A stretch of 64,000 nucleotides of DNA from Sedimentisphaerales bacterium. Its GTDB lineage: Bacteria > Planctomycetota > Phycisphaerae > Sedimentisphaerales > SM23-30. The translations under genes were made by a program, and so were the position numbers. Positions within the stretch are counted from its first letter, which is position 1. Each line of letters begins with the position of its first letter. The notes below the pieces were generated by a model that saw only the letters and a list, made by a program, of their open reading frames with translations, made no database searches and was not told the DNA's origin. Where the stretch lies: NCBI GenBank assembly GCA_963663965.2, contig CAXXFK010000029.1, positions 192,001-256,000 on the forward strand, in the 5' to 3' direction. This document shows positions 60,983 through 64,000 of the stretch, piece by piece.

Positions 60983-62683
60983 TTAGAATGGATAGGCCGA
61001 GGGACGTTGAATGCCCGGGATTCGTTGTGACTGAAAAGCCAACGGGCTGTCCGGTTCCAATTCACAAACAGTACGCCAGGCGTACATGGCACGATCTACC
61101 AAAGCCATATTCTGCAAGGCAAGCATGACATTGGATTTTATGTATGCGGATTTATTATCCTGCTGATCCGCTGCCAGACCAATTTGTTCCATGGTAAGCG
61201 CGAATTGGATACGATCACAATACATCAGTGCCAGGCGATAGTGTAATTCAGCGCTTTCTTCATCCAGTACCATGCTATTGGCAAACTGGATATCCGATTC
61301 TGTTTTATTGCCGATTTCACGCATTAACAGGCCGAATTTAATGGCGGCTTTCTGGTAGGAAGGGTTAATCATTAACGCGCGGCGCAGGTGATATTCTGAT
61401 TCTTTAATATCGCCTTTGCCTCGCATCAGGACCGCATAATTATAGTGGAGACTGGCCTGATCGGGCGTTCGCGCGAGTGCCTGGCGATGGCGGTCGAGTT
61501 GTGCTTCGAGCAGATCCTCGGTCATGACAGAAAGATCGGAAGGATCATCACTTGCTAAAAAAGGGTGGGACCTTCTCTGCCGAATTACCATTTTCATCTG
61601 CAGGCGATTCATTTCGGCATAAAGAAGATTGGTATTTGGTTCCAGAGCCGCGGCCAATTCCAGCGTATCATCCGCCTCGGCGGTTTTGCCCGCCATCTGC
61701 TGGGCAACGCCAAGGCCAATATAGGCCGCGATAATCCTGTCGTTGATTTCTATGGCGTAATTGAACATCAGCGCGGCATCGTAGAAGCGATGCATGCGCA
61801 TATGTTGCGTTCCGAGTTTAACCGCCGCTTCCAGATAGCCGGGATGGATTTCCAGGGCACGTTTGTAATTAGCGACCGCGAGTTTGTCTTCGCCCGTCTG
61901 GCTGTACAGATCCGCCAACCGGATAAAAGAATCCGCAAAAGACTGCCCCTCATCATCCAGCACGGCTTTCATTCGTTCAATGGCTTCATCAATCTGGCCA
62001 TTTTTCACCAATGTTTCGATCTCGTCGTTGTGAGAATCAAAATTATCCGGTTCAATGGTCAATGCTTTTTCAAATGCGGAAATGGCATGATCGTATTGAC
62101 GCGTTTGCAGATAAAATTGTCCCAATGTCAGGCAATACCAGACATCTTCCGGATGTTCGCGCTGTAATACCCGCAATAGCTCTATTGCTTTGGTGTATTT
62201 GAGCTGATAGAGTTCAATTGCGGCCAGGCGTTCTCGACTGTGCCTCAGGTAAGGTTTTTGTTCCGAGCCTTTTTTATACCAATTCCGGGCCAGATCGATT
62301 TTGCCTTTTCGCTCATAACAATACCCCAGCGCCAGGCAAACTCTGGCGTCTGAGTGTTCACGATTAATCTGTTCGAGCCTTTCAACCGCTTTATCGAGGT
62401 TTCCGGAAGAACTGTGCATGGCGGCCCATGCCAGGTCAACATCCAGATTATCCGGATTTTTCTCAAGCAGCATAGAAAAGACTTTTTCCGCTTTAGGAAT
62501 AGAGCCACTTTGAGCGTAATGGATTCCGATTCGCATCAAATTGGCAATATGACCAGGATTTGTTTCAATCGCTTCTTCGAGTAATTCGACATCTTCACTC
62601 GAGAGCGGTCTGGACCAGGGTAAAACCATTGACATCATTGGGATGTCGAGCCCACGGCCCAGTAATTCAAGAAGGTAACTCAT
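60983..62683 (-). CDS. Tetratricopeptide-repeat protein
   Basis: Multiple TPR-like units (LGYCYERKG, LGQFY..AFEKALTIEPDN, YKRALEIHPGY, LRRALMINPSY). Confidence 0.9.
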   Translation of the reverse strand: MSYLLELLGRGLDIPMMSMVLPWSRPLSSEDVELLEEAIETNPGHIANLMRIGIHYAQSGSIPKAEKVFSMLLEKNPDNLDVDLAWAAMHSSSGNLDKAVERLEQINREHSDARVCLALGYCYERKGKIDLARNWYKKGSEQKPYLRHSRERLAAIELYQLKYTKAIELLRVLQREHPEDVWYCLTLGQFYLQTRQYDHAISAFEKALTIEPDNFDSHNDEIETLVKNGQIDEAIERMKAVLDDEGQSFADSFIRLADLYSQTGEDKLAVANYKRALEIHPGYLEAAVKLGTQHMRMHRFYDAALMFNYAIEINDRIIAAYIGLGVAQQMAGKTAEADDTLELAAALEPNTNLLYAEMNRLQMKMVIRQRRSHPFLASDDPSDLSVMTEDLLEAQLDRHRQALARTPDQASLHYNYAVLMRGKGDIKESEYHLRRALMINPSYQKAAIKFGLLMREIGNKTESDIQFANSMVLDEESAELHYRLALMYCDRIQFALTMEQIGLAADQQDNKSAYIKSNVMLALQNMALVDRAMYAWRTVCELEPDSPLAFQSQRIPGIQRPSAYPF

Positions 62684-62748
62684 ATTGCTGCCATCTCCTG
62701 TTTAACACACACAAGTATCTCGCATACAAAATCTTTAAGACATGAGGC

Positions 62749-62775
62749 ATATCGACCCGGTCTAAAGGGTGCTTA
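62749..62775 (-). promoter_or_regulatory. Putative sigma28 (FliA) promoter of the TPR gene
   Basis: Minus strand TAAG-N15-GTCGATAT, ~65 bp upstream of the start codon. Confidence 0.55.
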
Positions 62776-63241
62776 ATAGCAAAACCTCATTTACGAGGCT
62801 GAAACAGGGGATTCCAATCCGCCTAAACGGTACATTCCGTAAGGCTTTTCCAGATAGTCACAAATGTCGCTTACCGGACTGAAAAAGGGTTTGGGCTGTA
62901 ACGATTATCCGGTGCATGGATAAAGGGGGGAAATTGATATTTTAGTAACTGTTTGCAATGTCAGAAGTTATCGGACCTGTCATTCTTGAACTGCCTGACA
63001 TGATTCATGAACATGAGACGGATTTTCGGGTAGCTGGAATTGTTTGAAAGTATCCAAAAGACCTCAATGCCAAAATTTCGTTCACTACCGGCAAAGATTT
63101 GCTACAATATGGGCTTGCAGGATGTTTTTAACTATGATTTCAGTCCCTGTGAAATTGAATAACTCTGTGTCAATATCTGCCATTTGAATGGATCTGAATC
63201 ATATTTGTTGGAAATTAATACTTAACGAAGAGTCAGAATTG

Positions 63242-64000
63242 ATGGATGTTACTCGAACGATCATTTTAAATCGGGGCGATGTGTCGCAAAAGCGCCGGGA
63301 AATTCAAGATTATTTTCATGCGACATTTGATATTGATGAAAAATTAATGAAGCATCTGGCTGACGATAACACATTTTATCTGCGCGCCGATCCGCTGCGT
63401 CATCCATTGATATTTTATTTTGGTCATACCGCGGTATTTTATATAAACAAATTGATTTTAGCAGAGTCGCTTAAGGAAAGAATTCATCCTGAATACGAAT
63501 CGATGTTTGCTGTAGGGGTGGATGAAATGTCATGGGATGATCTCAATGAGTCGCACTATGACTGGCCGTCAGTCCGCGAAGTACAGGATTATCGGAATCA
63601 AGTACGGCAAGTTGTCGATACATTAATCCAGACGATGAATCTGGAAATGCCAATTAACTGGAGTAATCCCTGGTGGATAATCATGATGGGTATTGAACAT
63701 GCGCGAATCCATCTGGAGACGTCATCAGTATTAATCAGGCAGTTGCCTCTTGAACGGGTACGACCTGTCGCTGGTTGGCAGATATGTGAAAAAGGTGGGC
63801 CGTCTCCACAGAACAACCTGCTCGAGGTTGAGGCCGGCCAGGCAACATTAGGCAAAAACAGAGAACACAGGCTTTATGGCTGGGATAACGAGTTCGGAAC
63901 GCATGTTGCCGAGGTGAGCAGATTTCTGGCATCGAAGTATCTGGTTTCGAATCAGGAGTATCTGGAATTTGTGGAAGACGGTGGATATAAAACAGAACGC
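63242..64000 (+). CDS. ovoA: 5-histidylcysteine sulfoxide synthase OvoA-like (ovothiol biosynthesis), 5' part, truncated by the window end
   Basis: Not in the ORF track; my translation from ATG 63242 gives MDVTRTIIL...ADPLRHPLIFYFGHTAVFYINKL...MFAVGVDEMSWDDL...GIEHARIHLETSSVLIRQLP...YGWDNEFG. Confidence 0.9.
   Translation, partial: MDVTRTIILNRGDVSQKRREIQDYFHATFDIDEKLMKHLADDNTFYLRADPLRHPLIFYFGHTAVFYINKLILAESLKERIHPEYESMFAVGVDEMSWDDLNESHYDWPSVREVQDYRNQVRQVVDTLIQTMNLEMPINWSNPWWIIMMGIEHARIHLETSSVLIRQLPLERVRPVAGWQICEKGGPSPQNNLLEVEAGQATLGKNREHRLYGWDNEFGTHVAEVSRFLASKYLVSNQEYLEFVEDGGYKTER

Noticed and set aside
62776..62930. Possible c-di-GMP-I riboswitch in the TPR-ovoA intergenic region (GCAAAA, CCTAAAC, small hairpins)
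   Set aside because: It lacks the GAAA-tetraloop P2 and the GCAAA junction in proper order; an Infernal search would be needed to rescue it.
63089..63103. Sigma54-like GGCAAAGATTTGCT upstream of ovoA
   Set aside because: GG-to-GC spacing is 9 nt rather than the required 10.

Overview
A 64-kb, mostly housekeeping-plus-accessory bacterial segment. A DUF1559-type prepilin protein, LamG/dockerin-like secreted proteins and LPS genes (kdsB, lpxB) suggest a planctomycete (Phycisphaerae/Sedimentisphaerales-like); this taxon is an inference. Main blocks: (1) GGDEF cyclase and dapF. (2) A ~19-kb sialic-acid utilisation locus at 3079-22208: GH78, creatininase-like amidohydrolase, GntR/LacI-type regulator, LamG protein, two GH33 sialidases, DUF1559 protein, NanA, sialate O-acetylesterase, AGE epimerase and a Kelch-mutarotase::sodium-solute-symporter fusion. 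(3) A minus-strand run: MarR, MFS, acyltransferase/ACP/adenylation protein, fmt, rsmB, nucleotidyltransferase, ATP-grasp. (4) KtrB/KtrA, YccA-like and mfd. (5) An N-epsilon-acetyl-beta-lysine operon in which AblB is fused to a sodium:solute symporter. (6) PPIase, HIT and ClC. (7) A REC-PspF-like sigma54 activator divergent from a flotillin gene carrying a -24/-12 promoter. (8) Esterase, an atypical pyrG, kdsB, PilZ, lpxB, a CCC transporter, a GspE-like ATPase, a TPR protein and the 5' part of ovoA. A ~104-bp ERIC-like palindromic repeat occurs four times. Six genes are split by seven single-base indels in short homopolymers, most likely sequencing errors. I saw no rRNA, tRNA, CRISPR array or transposase.
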